From an uncultured delta proteobacterium (GTDB lineage: Bacteria > Myxococcota_A > Polyangia > Palsa-1104), in contig CAWAWS010000036.1 of the NCBI GenBank assembly GCA_963785725.1, positions 1 through 64,000 on the forward strand: a stretch of DNA of 64,000 bases. The letters are read 5' to 3'. Numbering within the stretch: position 1 is the first letter of the stretch; every line of letters starts with the position of its first letter. The position numbers and the translations under genes are program-made. The notes beneath the pieces were generated by a model. That model was given only the letters and a program-made list of their open reading frames with translations, was not told the origin of the DNA and ran no database searches. Below, one piece after another: positions 12,708 through 22,894 of the stretch.

Positions 12708-14078
12708 TCAGCGTTGCGGGCGCACGGTGTAGCGCGAGACGGTGACGCACGGCAGCTGACGGTCGATGCGCGCGTCGCGGCAGAATCGCGGGCCAGCGAC
12801 GAGCGGACGGCCGGCGAGCGGCGTGCCGTCGACCTCGGAGGTGACGTAGACGTCGTGCGGCAAGACGTCGAGCCGCTCGAGATCGCCTTCGATCTCGGCG
12901 AACGACAGCCGCGGATGCACGACGAGCGTCGGCGCCGTCCACTGCATGAGCCGCGTCGCGCGCATGCCATAGACGAGCGCGTGGCTGTCGACGGTCGCGA
13001 CCCAGGCGCCGGCGCGCGCCGAGGCGGGCGCCAGCCGCGCGCGCGACATCGCCAGCGGCGCCGACGCCACGGCCGACGCGACGATGAGCGTGACCGCGGC
13101 CGGCAGTCGCGCGTGCGTCAAGAGCGCCAGCGCCAACGTCGCTGCCGCGATGAGCGGCAGCAGATGGCGCGGCTGCTCGAGGACGTTTTGCCCGAAGAGC
13201 GCCCACAGCGCATAGGGCGCGGCGACGGCGAGCGCGACGACGAGGGCGTCACCCGACGGCCGGCGCCGCGCCATCGCGACCGCGACCAGCGCGACGGCGA
13301 GCGACAGCGGATGCGGCCACAGGCCGTCGTAGACGAGATCGCGCGTCCAGGCGGCGAGCCGCACGAGGAGATCGGGGCGCGTGACGATGCTGCCGCCCCA
13401 GACGGTGAAGTGGCCGGTGACGTGCGTGCGGCCGAGCTGCCACAGCGCTTCGGCGCCGACGACGAGCACGAACGGCACGACCCACGCCAGCGCGCCCACG
13501 ATGGAGCCGACGAGCGCCGCGAGCAGCGGCCGCCGCGCGTGCCGAACGACGAACGCGAACGACAGCGCCAGCGGCCAATACGACGCGCGGGCGCCCAAGG
13601 TCAACGCCACGAGCGCGCCGGCCACGAACGCGGCGCGGCGCGTCGGCCACGTCAGCGCCGCGAACGACCACGCCGCCAGCGCCGTCGCCGTCGCGTCGGA
13701 CAGCGCGGCGCCGCCGGTCAGCGCCGGGCCGAGCGCGACGGCCCACAGCGCGAACGCGATGAAGCCTGCGCGCGCGTCGACGAGCGCCGTGCCGAGACGC
13801 CACAACGCCACGCCGGTCGCGGCCGACGCCAGCGCCGACGTCGCCGTCGTCGCCGTCAGCGCGTCGAGGCCGCCCGCGTGCAGGAGCCGCGTCAGCGCGA
13901 CGTAGACCGGATAGCCGGGGAAATGCGGCTGAAATTGCGCCAAATCGAAGTGCTCGACGGCGCGCACGAAGCCGACCGAGTCGTAATCGTCGGGCACGCG
14001 CGCCCGCGTCGCCAGCCGATAGACGAACAGCGCCAGCGTCGCCAGCGCCAACGTCACGCGCGCCGGCAGCCGCCTCAT
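12708..14078 (-). CDS. polytopic membrane protein, probable GT-C glycosyltransferase
   Basis: DDYDSVGF...QPHFPGYPVY N-terminal loop, many TM segments, QPRHLLP. Confidence 0.65.
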   Translation of the reverse strand: MRRLPARVTLALATLALFVYRLATRARVPDDYDSVGFVRAVEHFDLAQFQPHFPGYPVYVALTRLLHAGGLDALTATTATSALASAATGVALWRLGTALVDARAGFIAFALWAVALGPALTGGAALSDATATALAAWSFAALTWPTRRAAFVAGALVALTLGARASYWPLALSFAFVVRHARRPLLAALVGSIVGALAWVVPFVLVVGAEALWQLGRTHVTGHFTVWGGSIVTRPDLLVRLAAWTRDLVYDGLWPHPLSLAVALVAVAMARRRPSGDALVVALAVAAPYALWALFGQNVLEQPRHLLPLIAAATLALALLTHARLPAAVTLIVASAVASAPLAMSRARLAPASARAGAWVATVDSHALVYGMRATRLMQWTAPTLVVHPRLSFAEIEGDLERLDVLPHDVYVTSEVDGTPLAGRPLVAGPRFCRDARIDRQLPCVTVSRYTVRPQR

Positions 14079-14186
14079 GCGGACGACGAGCCGGCGACGG
14101 CGACACGAGCGGCGGGCATGCGCCGACTATAGCCGGCCGCATGCCCGAGCGCCTGCCTGTCCGCCTGCCTGCTGATGAGGGCGGCG

Positions 14187-14648
14187 CTACTTGTCGCTGT
14201 TCTCGGTGTCGTGCTGGTAGTCGGTCGACTTGGTCGTGCTCGACTTCGTCGTCGACGTGTCGTTCTGCATGCCGTTCTCCGGATTCACCATCGGCGTCGC
14301 ATCCGTCCCCGACGACGACTTCTGGTCTTTCTTCTGCGACTTCTGCGACTTCTGCGACTTCTGCATCTCCGTCGTCGACGAATCGGTCTGCTTGCTGTCC
14401 GGCATGCCCGACGTGTTGCTCATCGGAGCCGTGCGCACGCCGCCGCCGGGCACGAGATCGCTCGGCGCCGAGCCGTTGCCGGTGTCGATGTCGCCGGCCG
14501 TCTTCTGCGTCGGCGTACGCGTGTCGGTCGTCCCGGTGCCCGCCGTGGGATTGATCCCCTGCGGTCCGTCGAGCGGCGCCGACTGCGCCAGAGCGACACC
14601 ACCTGCCAGCGGCAGTGACAGGAGCGTCATTCGTAGCAGCTTGAACAT
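14187..14648 (-). CDS. secreted low-complexity hydrophilic protein
   Basis: Signal peptide MFKLLRMTLLSLPLAGGVALA; Thr/Ser/Gln/Lys-rich with QKS repeats; GGAGG SD. Confidence 0.75.
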   Translation of the reverse strand: MFKLLRMTLLSLPLAGGVALAQSAPLDGPQGINPTAGTGTTDTRTPTQKTAGDIDTGNGSAPSDLVPGGGVRTAPMSNTSGMPDSKQTDSSTTEMQKSQKSQKSQKKDQKSSSGTDATPMVNPENGMQNDTSTTKSSTTKSTDYQHDTENSDK

Positions 14649-14673
14649 GATTCCACCTCCCCTCACTGAGCTA

Positions 14674-14689
14674 TGCAGCGATCGCGCCA
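14674..14689 (-). promoter_or_regulatory. sigma-54 (-24/-12) promoter
   Basis: TGGCGC-GATCG-CTGCA matches TGGCAC-N5-TTGCW spacing, 25 nt upstream of ATG 14648. Confidence 0.55.
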
Positions 14690-14730
14690 GCATTTGCACC
14701 CGTCCGACGCGCATGCGACTGTGGGCGCAA

Positions 14731-15249
14731 ATGACGAGCGCAGCTCCGCCGCCGCCGCTGATCGAGCACGCCGCCCGCCTCGCGCGCGTGCGCCTGCTCT
14801 GTCTCGACGTCGACGGCGTTCTCACCGATGGCCACTTGTATTGGGTCGGCGACGGCTCTTGGTCGCAGCGTTTCAGCGTCCGTGACGGCTACGGCATCAA
14901 GCTGTTGCAAGAGGCCGGCGTGCACATCGCCGTCATCTCCGGCGGCGACGTCAAGTCGGGCCGCGATCGCTGCGCGTCGCTCGGCATCGTGCACGCGCAC
15001 TTCGGCATCGACGACAAGGTCGCCACCTTCCGCAACATCGCCGCCGGCCTCGGCATCGACGCCGACGAGACCGCCTTTTGCGGCGACGAGCTGGTCGACG
15101 TGCCGCTCTTGCGCGTCGTCGGCTTCGCGGCCACGGTGCCCGAAGCCGTCGACGAGGTGCAGGCCGCCGTCCACTACGTCACGCGACGACCGGGCGGCAA
15201 CGGCGCCGTCCGCGAGCTGTGTGACCTCATTCGAGCCCATCGCCCATGA
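14731..15249 (+). CDS. kdsC: KdsC/YrbI-family HAD phosphatase
   Basis: LDVDGVLTDG, FSVRDGYGI, AFCGDELVD, GGNGAVRELCD. Confidence 0.85.
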   Translation: MTSAAPPPPLIEHAARLARVRLLCLDVDGVLTDGHLYWVGDGSWSQRFSVRDGYGIKLLQEAGVHIAVISGGDVKSGRDRCASLGIVHAHFGIDDKVATFRNIAAGLGIDADETAFCGDELVDVPLLRVVGFAATVPEAVDEVQAAVHYVTRRPGGNGAVRELCDLIRAHRP

Positions 15250-16454
15250 CGACGACGTTCTCGCAGCTCGGGCAACATCCGCTGGTGCGGCTCTTGGAGC
15301 AGCCGGTGAAGTATGTCGTCGGCCTCATGTCGGGCACGTCGGTCGACGGCATCGACGCCGCCTTGTGCGCCATCGAAGGCCACGGCGCCGCCGCCCGCGT
15401 CCGCCTCATCGACTTCCGCACGACGCCGTTTACCGACGCGCAGCGCGCGCGCATCCATTCGCTCTTTCGCGCCGACACGGCCACGCTCTGCCAGGCCAAC
15501 TTCGAGCTCGGCGACTGGCTGGCGCAGGCGGCGACGGCGCTGACGCACGGCAAGACCGTCGACCTCGTCGGCAGCCATGGGCAGACGGTGTGGCATCACC
15601 CGCCGTCGCACGTGGCGCTGGAAGGCGGCACGGCCTCGACGCTGCAGCTGGGCGAGCCGGCGCTCATCGCCGCGCGCATGGGCGCCGTCACCGTCGGCGA
15701 CTTTCGCGTCGCCGACGTCGTGGCCGGCGGCGAAGGCGCGCCGCTCGTGCCCTTCGCCGATTGGGTGCTCTATCGCCAGCCCGGCCGCGCGCGCGCCGTG
15801 CAGAACATCGGCGGCATCGCCAACGTCGCCCTGCTCGTCGACGACTTCGACAGCGTCGTGGCCTTCGACAACGGCCCCGGCAACATGATGATCGACGCGC
15901 TCATGCCGCTGGCCTCGAACGGCGCCGAGACCATCGACCGCGACGGCAGCTGGTCGGCGCGCGGCGTCGTGCAGGAGGACTTGGTCGCGCAACTGCTCGC
16001 CGATCCGTACTTGGCCGCGCCGCCGCCGAAGTCGACCGGCCGCGAGCGCTACGGCGCCGAATTCAGCCGCGCCTGGGCCGCGCGGCACGCCGATCGCCGG
16101 CCGCTCGACCTCGTGGCCACGGCCGTCGCGTTCACGGCGCGCGCGATCGCCGACAGCTATCGCCGCTTCTTGCTGCCACGCCGGACCATCGACGACGTGC
16201 GCGTCGCCGGCGGTGGCGCGCACAACGCCACGCTGATGGCGGAATTAGCCCGGCAGCTGCATCCGATCCCGGTCGCGAAGTTCGCCGAGAGCGGCGTCGA
16301 CGCCGACGCCAAAGAGGCCGTCGCCTTCGCGCTCTTGGCGGTGCAATGCATACACGCCGACAGCGGCAACGTTCCGTCGGTGACCGGCGCCAAGCGACCG
16401 GCGGTGCTCGGCAAAATCTGTCTGCCACCCGTCACGCGCGCGACCATCTTGTGA
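15246..16454 (+). CDS. anmK: anhydro-N-acetylmuramic acid kinase
   Basis: GLMSGTSVDGID, GSHGQTVWH, GGEGAPLVP, NIGGIAN, FDNGPGN, PPKSTGRE, AKEAVAFA. Confidence 0.97.
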   Translation: MTTTFSQLGQHPLVRLLEQPVKYVVGLMSGTSVDGIDAALCAIEGHGAAARVRLIDFRTTPFTDAQRARIHSLFRADTATLCQANFELGDWLAQAATALTHGKTVDLVGSHGQTVWHHPPSHVALEGGTASTLQLGEPALIAARMGAVTVGDFRVADVVAGGEGAPLVPFADWVLYRQPGRARAVQNIGGIANVALLVDDFDSVVAFDNGPGNMMIDALMPLASNGAETIDRDGSWSARGVVQEDLVAQLLADPYLAAPPPKSTGRERYGAEFSRAWAARHADRRPLDLVATAVAFTARAIADSYRRFLLPRRTIDDVRVAGGGAHNATLMAELARQLHPIPVAKFAESGVDADAKEAVAFALLAVQCIHADSGNVPSVTGAKRPAVLGKICLPPVTRATIL

Positions 16455-16468
16455 TACGGTCACAGCCG

Positions 16469-16951
16469 ATGCGCTGGGTCCCTGTTGCGCTCGCAGCGAT
16501 GCTGATCTTTTGTGGCGGCTGCGAGACCTTCGATCCCAAGCACCCGCTCGTCGGCAAACCGACCGACTTCGAGGGCGTGCCTGCGGTTTACGTTTGGGTC
16601 GCCGATGGCCTGTGGCACGTCCGGCTGCACTCCGGCGGCCGCGGCGGCCATCGCTTCCAAGGCTCGGTCGCCGGCGTCAACGGCGGCGTGCTCGACCTGA
16701 CGCTGACGCGGCCGGAGCTGAAGGACGCCATCGCGCTCGCCGGCGACGCCGTGCAGTTCGACGTCGAGGAGGCCGCCGCCGCGCCCACGGCCGTCGCGCG
16801 CGCCGACGGCGACACCGGCTTCGACGTGCGCGTCGTCGGCGGCTGCGCGCGCTTCGATCTCTACGTCGACGGCCACCACCACACCGACAAGGTACGGCTC
16901 GGGCCCAAGCTCATCCGGCCCACGCGCGTCCCCTTCGATCGTTGCCCCTGA
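16469..16951 (+). CDS. hypothetical lipoprotein
   Basis: MRWVPVALAAMLIFCGGC lipobox-like N-terminus; stop codon 1 nt before the kinase ATG. Confidence 0.7.
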   Translation: MRWVPVALAAMLIFCGGCETFDPKHPLVGKPTDFEGVPAVYVWVADGLWHVRLHSGGRGGHRFQGSVAGVNGGVLDLTLTRPELKDAIALAGDAVQFDVEEAAAAPTAVARADGDTGFDVRVVGGCARFDLYVDGHHHTDKVRLGPKLIRPTRVPFDRCP

Positions 16952-16952
16952 C

Positions 16953-19028
16953 ATGGCCGGCGATCGCGACGCGCTCGAGCTGCAAGCGCTGCACGCGGCC
17001 GTCGCCGCCGGCGCGCACGCGCTCGATCTCGACGCCGTGCTCGACCGCTGCCTCGAGCAGGCGGCGCGGCTGGCCAAGTCCGACGCCGCCTTCGTCTACC
17101 TGCGCGATCAGAGGCGTAACCGCTACGTGCGCGCCCGCGGTCGCGACGCCGATGGGCTGGCGCCGCCGACGCTGCAGCTGACGCAGGTCGAAGAGAGCAT
17201 TCCGCTCGACAACCCGCTGGTGCTCGATCTGCGCGATCCGGTGCGCTTCGCCGGCGAGCTGCATCAGCGGGCGCGCGCCGCCGGCCTGCCGCACGCGCTC
17301 GTCTTGCCGCTGCGCGCCGAAGATCGCCGCGTCGGCTTCGTCGCCATGTCGTTCCGCGGCCCGCCGGTGCTGGCCGAGACGACCTTGCGCACGCTCGTCG
17401 CCATCGCCGACATCGAAGCCGTCGCCATCGAGAACGCGCGCGCCCATCGCGACCTCGAGCTGCGCGTGCGCCTCGGCGAGGTCCTGCGCCGCTTCGGCGA
17501 GATGGCCCTCGACGCCGAGAGCGACGTGCCGGCGCTCATCATGAGCGCGGCGGTGGAGATCGGGCGCGCCGACCGCGCCGTCCTCTCGCGCACGTTCGAG
17601 CGCGAGGGCCAAGTTTGGAGCCGCATCACCCACGCCGTCGGCAAAGACGCCTCGCTCATCGGCTTCGAGGTGCCCATCAGCGAGCCGTCGCTCGCCGAGA
17701 CGTTGGCCGCGACCGGACCGACCGTCGTCGAGGACACGGCGACGCAGGATCCCAAGACGATGATCGGCCAAGTGGCGCGTCGCCAAGGCACGATCTCGTA
17801 CATGCTGATGACGATGCGGCTGCGCGGTCAGCCGTTCGGTCAGCTGCTGGCAGCGTCGGGCGAGCCGCGCGAATATGCCGCCGCCGAGGTCGAAGCGATG
17901 CAGCTTTTGGCGACGATGGGCGCGCAAGCGCTCGAGCGCGATCGCCGCGAATCGGCGCTGCGCGAGCAAAAGGCGCGCCTCGATGCGATCTTGGAGCACA
18001 TCCCCATCGTCGTCACGGTCGTCGATCGCTCGGGCCAGATCGTCCACTTGAACGCCGCCGGCCGCCGCTTCACCGAGACGACGTCGAGCTACTCCGCCGA
18101 TTGGCGCGAAGGCCTGCGCAACTTCGAGATCTACGATCGCGACGGCAAGCTGGTGCCGACCGAGGAGAGCCAGATCTTCCAGGCCTTCCGCGGCGTGACG
18201 CCCGAGCCGGCCGAGCTGGTCTTGCAGCGCGGTCACCATCGCATCTCGATCATGTCGGTGGCGGCGCCGATTCCCAGCGCCGACGGCAGCATCGACTCGG
18301 TGGTGACGGCGTTTCAAGACGTGACGCAGCTGCGCGAGCTGTCCGATGCCAAGGATCGCTTCTTGAGCATCGCCTCGCACGAGCTGCGCTCGCCGATCAC
18401 CAGCTTGCGCGCGACGACCTCGCTTTTGCAGCTCGATCCGGCGGCGCTGACCGACGAAGAGCGGCGCGGCGTGCTGCTCGGGCGCATTCAGCGGCAGATC
18501 GATCGGCTGGCCATGCTCGTCGAGCGCCTCTTGGACACGGCGCGCCTCAACGCCGGCGAGCTGCCGCTCGACTACGGCGACGCCGACCTGGGCGCGCTGT
18601 GCCGCGACGCCATCGAGCACGCGCGCCTGACCGATCGCGATCACGTCTTCTTCTTTCTCGGCGAGGCGACGCTGCCGGGCCGCTTCGACGCCTCGCGCGT
18701 CGAGCAGGTGCTGACGAATCTGCTCGGCAACGCCGGTCGCTATTCGCCGCCGGGCAGCGAGATCACGGTGCGCCTCACGCGCACGGACGATCGCGCGCGC
18801 ATCGACGTTATCGATCGCGGCATGGGCATCGCCGCCGAGCAGCTCGACAAGCTGTTCACGCCCTTTTATCGCGGCGCCGCGGCCGCTCGTTACAAAGGCG
18901 GCCTCGGGCTCGGCCTCTACATCACGCGCGAGATCATCCGCCGTCACGCCGGCGAAGTGCGCGTCACGTCGACGCTCGGCATCGGCAGCACCTTCACCGT
19001 CGAATTGCCGCTCGCGCCGCGCAGCTGA
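16953..19028 (+). CDS. GAF-GAF-PAS sensor histidine kinase
   Basis: H-box IASHELRSP, N-box QVLTNLLGNA, DRGMGI, GLGLGL, GSTF; upstream GAF/PAS-like segments, no TM. Confidence 0.93.
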   Translation: MAGDRDALELQALHAAVAAGAHALDLDAVLDRCLEQAARLAKSDAAFVYLRDQRRNRYVRARGRDADGLAPPTLQLTQVEESIPLDNPLVLDLRDPVRFAGELHQRARAAGLPHALVLPLRAEDRRVGFVAMSFRGPPVLAETTLRTLVAIADIEAVAIENARAHRDLELRVRLGEVLRRFGEMALDAESDVPALIMSAAVEIGRADRAVLSRTFEREGQVWSRITHAVGKDASLIGFEVPISEPSLAETLAATGPTVVEDTATQDPKTMIGQVARRQGTISYMLMTMRLRGQPFGQLLAASGEPREYAAAEVEAMQLLATMGAQALERDRRESALREQKARLDAILEHIPIVVTVVDRSGQIVHLNAAGRRFTETTSSYSADWREGLRNFEIYDRDGKLVPTEESQIFQAFRGVTPEPAELVLQRGHHRISIMSVAAPIPSADGSIDSVVTAFQDVTQLRELSDAKDRFLSIASHELRSPITSLRATTSLLQLDPAALTDEERRGVLLGRIQRQIDRLAMLVERLLDTARLNAGELPLDYGDADLGALCRDAIEHARLTDRDHVFFFLGEATLPGRFDASRVEQVLTNLLGNAGRYSPPGSEITVRLTRTDDRARIDVIDRGMGIAAEQLDKLFTPFYRGAAAARYKGGLGLGLYITREIIRRHAGEVRVTSTLGIGSTFTVELPLAPRS

Positions 19029-19138
19029 ACGATCGTTCCCGCGCACACCCAAGCTCGCACACGCGGTCGACGCTTATACAAGTCGGCGTGCGTCTAGCGC
19101 TTTTGCGCCATCCTCGGTAAGATTACCGAGAGGGAGGA

Positions 19139-19705
19139 GTGCTCATGGTCAACGCGAGCGAGTGGGGGCAGCGGTTCGAGGAGTGGACGACGTCGTTGCC
19201 GTCCGACGTGCAGGCGACGTGGGAGCTCTTGACGAACGACGCCGTGGCGCCGGCCGGACGACGCTGGCTCGCCGCCGCGCTCTTCTACACGCTGACGCAG
19301 CTCGATCTCATTCCCGATCACGAGCGCGCCGGCTCGATCGACGACGCCTTCGTCCTGCGCATCGCCTACGGCCTCGCCGCCGAGCACGCGAGCAAGACCG
19401 GCCGCGAAGACGCCGCGCGCATCGCGCGCATGACGCACGACGAAGACAAGCTGCGCGAGCTGCTCGGCCCGGCGGTCTACGCCAAGCTCGTCAACCACGT
19501 CATGGCGCTGGCGGAGAAGCCGGTGCGCGGGCGTACCGTCGATCAGCTGCTCGCGCCCGACGGCGCCAAGGCGCGCGCCGACCTGAAGCGCGAGCTCGAT
19601 CAGCAGTGCCAAAAGATGCGGCCGGCGAACGTCGCCAACGCCGCCGATGCCGAAGCGCTGGTGCTGACGGTGCAGAGCTACCTCAAGATGAAGCTGGGCG
19701 CTTAG
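19139..19705 (+). CDS. DUF1232 (YkvA)-like protein
   Basis: ALFYTLTQLDLIPD...GSIDDAFVL motif; GGAGG SD (ATG 19145 possible). Confidence 0.75.
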   Translation: MLMVNASEWGQRFEEWTTSLPSDVQATWELLTNDAVAPAGRRWLAAALFYTLTQLDLIPDHERAGSIDDAFVLRIAYGLAAEHASKTGREDAARIARMTHDEDKLRELLGPAVYAKLVNHVMALAEKPVRGRTVDQLLAPDGAKARADLKRELDQQCQKMRPANVANAADAEALVLTVQSYLKMKLGA

Positions 19706-19717
19706 CGGCTGTAAGCG

Positions 19718-20794
19718 GTGGGCGGGCAGCAAATCCTGACGCTGGCGCCGGAGGAGATCTCGCGATTCCTCATGCGTACGCGACGCGATCGCGACCTCGA
19801 GCGCTTCGAGGTGCGACTCGACGAGCACTTGCGCGAGGTGCTGGCGCGCGCCAACGACTTCGTGCCGTCGACGGCGGGCGCCATTCTGCTCGACGACCCG
19901 CGCGCGAAATTACAAGGCCGCGACAACCCGGGCCGGCTCACCGTCATCGCCTGCTTCGGCGACGGCTTCATGCTCGGCTCGCGCGTGCCCGCCAACCAAG
20001 GCGCCGTCGGTGACGTCTACCAGCAAGGCAAGCCGCTCAAGCTCGACGACATCATCGGCGTGCCCGTCATCCTCGGCGAGTCGATCTGCGGCGTGCTCGA
20101 GCTGCGCGGCCGCCTGCCCGGTCCCGAGCTCAATCCGCCCGTCGAGCGCTTGTGTTACGAGGCGCGCGACCTCGAGCTCTTGCGCATCTTCGCCGCTTAC
20201 ATCTCGTCGTCGATTCAGAACGCGCTCGACGCCATTCGCGCCCGCGAGCTGGCGCGGCGCGATGATCTAACCGGGCTCTACAACGATCGCTTCTTGTATC
20301 GCCGCATGACCGAGGAGATCGCGCGCGCCGAACGCGACGGCACGACGCTCTCGGTGCTCTTCCTCGACCTCGACGAGTTCAAGCGCGTCAACGACACTTG
20401 GGGTCACCTCGCCGGCAGCCGCACGCTGCGCGAGGTCGGCCAGCTCATCTACGGCCTCATTCCGACGGGCGCCGTGGCCGCACGCTATGGCGGCGACGAG
20501 TTCGTCATCATCCTGCCCGGCGCCGACGCCGCCACCGCCGCCGGCGTCGCCGAGCTCCTGCGCAGCTCCATCGCCGCCACGCCCTACCTGCTCGACGCGG
20601 GCGAGATCGGCCCCGGCCCCGGCGGACTGCGCGTGTCGACGTCGATCGGCGTCGCCTCCTATCACGAGCACGTGGGGCCGTTCGGCTCGTTCGATCGGCG
20701 ACAGAACGCGCTGTTACGCTTGGCGGACGCGGCGATGTATCAGTCGAAGTCGGAAGGCAAGAACCGCCTCACCGTCAGCAAACCCGAAGACTGA
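19718..20794 (+). CDS. GAF-domain diguanylate cyclase
   Basis: DDLTGLYN, DLDEFKRVNDTWGH, ARYGGDEF, ADAAMYQSKSEGKNR. Confidence 0.95.
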   Translation: MGGQQILTLAPEEISRFLMRTRRDRDLERFEVRLDEHLREVLARANDFVPSTAGAILLDDPRAKLQGRDNPGRLTVIACFGDGFMLGSRVPANQGAVGDVYQQGKPLKLDDIIGVPVILGESICGVLELRGRLPGPELNPPVERLCYEARDLELLRIFAAYISSSIQNALDAIRARELARRDDLTGLYNDRFLYRRMTEEIARAERDGTTLSVLFLDLDEFKRVNDTWGHLAGSRTLREVGQLIYGLIPTGAVAARYGGDEFVIILPGADAATAAGVAELLRSSIAATPYLLDAGEIGPGPGGLRVSTSIGVASYHEHVGPFGSFDRRQNALLRLADAAMYQSKSEGKNRLTVSKPED

Positions 20795-20800
20795 AGCGCG

Positions 20801-21952
20801 CTACTGGTAGTTGACGACGAGCGGCGCGCAGACGGCGGCCATGCTCGTGATCCAGCGGTTCTTCTTGCCGTCGTAGCCGATGAGCACGCTGCCCGAGGCG
20901 CAGCTATCGTTGTAGGTCGTCGTCACGCCCGCGGCGCTCCAGCCGTTCGGCTTGTTGGCCGAATCGGCCGTGTACAAGAACGTGAGCTGGTTCGTCGCCG
21001 AGAGCTGCGCCGTCAAGTTCGTGCACGTGATGGCATTGCCGTCGATGCCGGTGGAGTCGTAGTAGCCGTTGGTCTCCCAGCCGATGCCGTTGGCGTTGGT
21101 GCAACCGACCGCGTTGAAGCTCGTGTCTTCGATGGTGGCATCGACGCTGACGGTCGGCGTCGTGTCGAGCGCCTCGGTCAACGTGTAGCTCATCGCCGCG
21201 TCGTTGGCGGTCAACGTCGGCGTCTCGCAGTAGAGGGCGAGGCCGCTGACGTAGCCGCTGTCGGTCTGATCGCCCGACATTTTCACTTTGCCGACGAAGG
21301 TGCCGGCCGGGCAGCGCGTCGAGAACGCGGTGCCGCTGCCGCTGCCGCGCGTCGTCAGCAAGACCGGCGTCCCCGTCGTGACCGACACCGGGCAGCCGTT
21401 GTTGACGACGCCGTTGCAGTCGTCATCGATCTGGTTGAAGCAGTTCTCTGCCGGCGCGGGCAGGACCGAGCCGCTGCAGGCGCCGAGCGTGCCGATGCAC
21501 GTCTGCACGCCGGCCGTGCACGCGCCGACGCCGGCGGTGCCGGCCGGGCCCGTGTAGCACGACTGCGTCGTCACGTCGGGGACGCAGCTGCCGACGTTGT
21601 TGCTGCAAACGATGTGGCCGCTGTTGCAGGCGCCGGGGTTGCCGGTCGCGCAGGCGGTGCCGGCCGTGCAGGTCGGCGTCGTGCCGCCGCCGCCGGCCGT
21701 GCCGCCACCGCCGGCTGTGCCACCGCCGCCGGCCGTGCCGCCGCCGCCGGCGCTGCCGGTCATGTCCACCGGCACCTCCGGCGACAAATCGGCCGCGGCT
21801 GGCGACAAATCGGCCACCGACGACAAATCGCCGCCGACCGGACCGCCACCGCCGGTGCCGCCACCGTCGCGCATCGGGCTCCCCGGCTCGACCGAGGCAC
21901 AGCCTGCGACGAGAAACAGAGAAATCACGAGGCCGTTCACCGACCGACCCAT
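20801..21952 (-). CDS. Cys-rich lipoprotein with putative metal-binding (DDDCNG) repeat
   Basis: Lipobox LVAGC, GGGGTA repeats, ENCFNQIDDDCNGVVNNGC. Confidence 0.8.
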   Translation of the reverse strand: MGRSVNGLVISLFLVAGCASVEPGSPMRDGGGTGGGGPVGGDLSSVADLSPAAADLSPEVPVDMTGSAGGGGTAGGGGTAGGGGTAGGGGTTPTCTAGTACATGNPGACNSGHIVCSNNVGSCVPDVTTQSCYTGPAGTAGVGACTAGVQTCIGTLGACSGSVLPAPAENCFNQIDDDCNGVVNNGCPVSVTTGTPVLLTTRGSGSGTAFSTRCPAGTFVGKVKMSGDQTDSGYVSGLALYCETPTLTANDAAMSYTLTEALDTTPTVSVDATIEDTSFNAVGCTNANGIGWETNGYYDSTGIDGNAITCTNLTAQLSATNQLTFLYTADSANKPNGWSAAGVTTTYNDSCASGSVLIGYDGKKNRWITSMAAVCAPLVVNYQ

Positions 21953-22105
21953 CTATGGACTATACCTGGCTTGCCCCGCATTTTGTCCAGATCTGTCTAC
22001 ACGCGGCGATTCGTCGCACCTCGGCCGGCTGACGCGGCGCGCGGGCGGCGACGGAAGTGCACGATGTAGGTTGCACTCCAACGCCGATTGCTCTAATCCT
22101 CGCGC

Positions 22106-22894
22106 ATGTCATCGCCCCGTCAACGTCGAGTCGTCCTCGTCATTTGGCTGGCGCTATTGGCTTTTCTCGTCGTCGCCATCGGCTTCATTCGCCACGGCCG
22201 GCATCAGTTCGACGCGCCCGCCAACGTGCGCGGCGCCGTCTGGCGCGTGCATGGCCCGGTCTCGGACTTCTATGCCGCGCGTGCGGGCGATCACGTGCTG
22301 CTCTTCGACAGCGGCGCCGATCCCGAAGGCCGCGGGCTCGACGCGCTCTTGGCCGCGATGCAAGCCCGTCGCGACGACGTCTCCGACGTCTTCCTGACGC
22401 ACGGCCACGGCGATCACGTCGCCGCCGCGCCGCTCCTGACCCGCGCGCGCCTCCACGCCGGCAAAGGCGACGTCGACATGATGGCGCAGAAGTCGCCGAT
22501 GGTGCCGCTGCTGGCGCGCTACATGCGCTTCGTCCTGCCGACGCCGAAGGTCGACGCGCGCGACGCCATCGCCACGCGCAGCGAGATCCAAGTCGACGGC
22601 GCCGAGAAGGTCCTCGCCATTCCCTTCCCCGGCCACACGCCCGGCTCGACCGTCTACTTTTACGCGGGCGTCCTCTTCGCCGGCGATGCCATCAACTTCG
22701 AGAAGGACAAGCTGACCTTGTCGTTCCCGCCCTTTACCGTCGACAGCCAGCTCAATCGCCGCAACGTCGCCGCGCTCGGGACGTTCATTCCGCTCGATCA
22801 AATCAAAGTCGTCTGCACCGGCCACAGCGGCTGCACGCCGGAAGCGGACACGCGCCGCCTGCTCGACGACATCATCCACAAGGCCAGCTCGTGA
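22106..22894 (+). CDS. membrane-anchored metallo-beta-lactamase-fold hydrolase
   Basis: THGHGDH, PGHTPGS, FAGDA, TGH; N-terminal TM. Confidence 0.92.
   Translation: MSSPRQRRVVLVIWLALLAFLVVAIGFIRHGRHQFDAPANVRGAVWRVHGPVSDFYAARAGDHVLLFDSGADPEGRGLDALLAAMQARRDDVSDVFLTHGHGDHVAAAPLLTRARLHAGKGDVDMMAQKSPMVPLLARYMRFVLPTPKVDARDAIATRSEIQVDGAEKVLAIPFPGHTPGSTVYFYAGVLFAGDAINFEKDKLTLSFPPFTVDSQLNRRNVAALGTFIPLDQIKVVCTGHSGCTPEADTRRLLDDIIHKASS

Noticed and set aside
21630..21695. Short tandem repeats (also 14323-14365, 33640-33685, 34480-34560, 50680-50810) as CRISPR or VNTR elements
   Set aside because: In-frame 9-18 nt units that encode low-complexity linkers; no unique spacers and no cas genes
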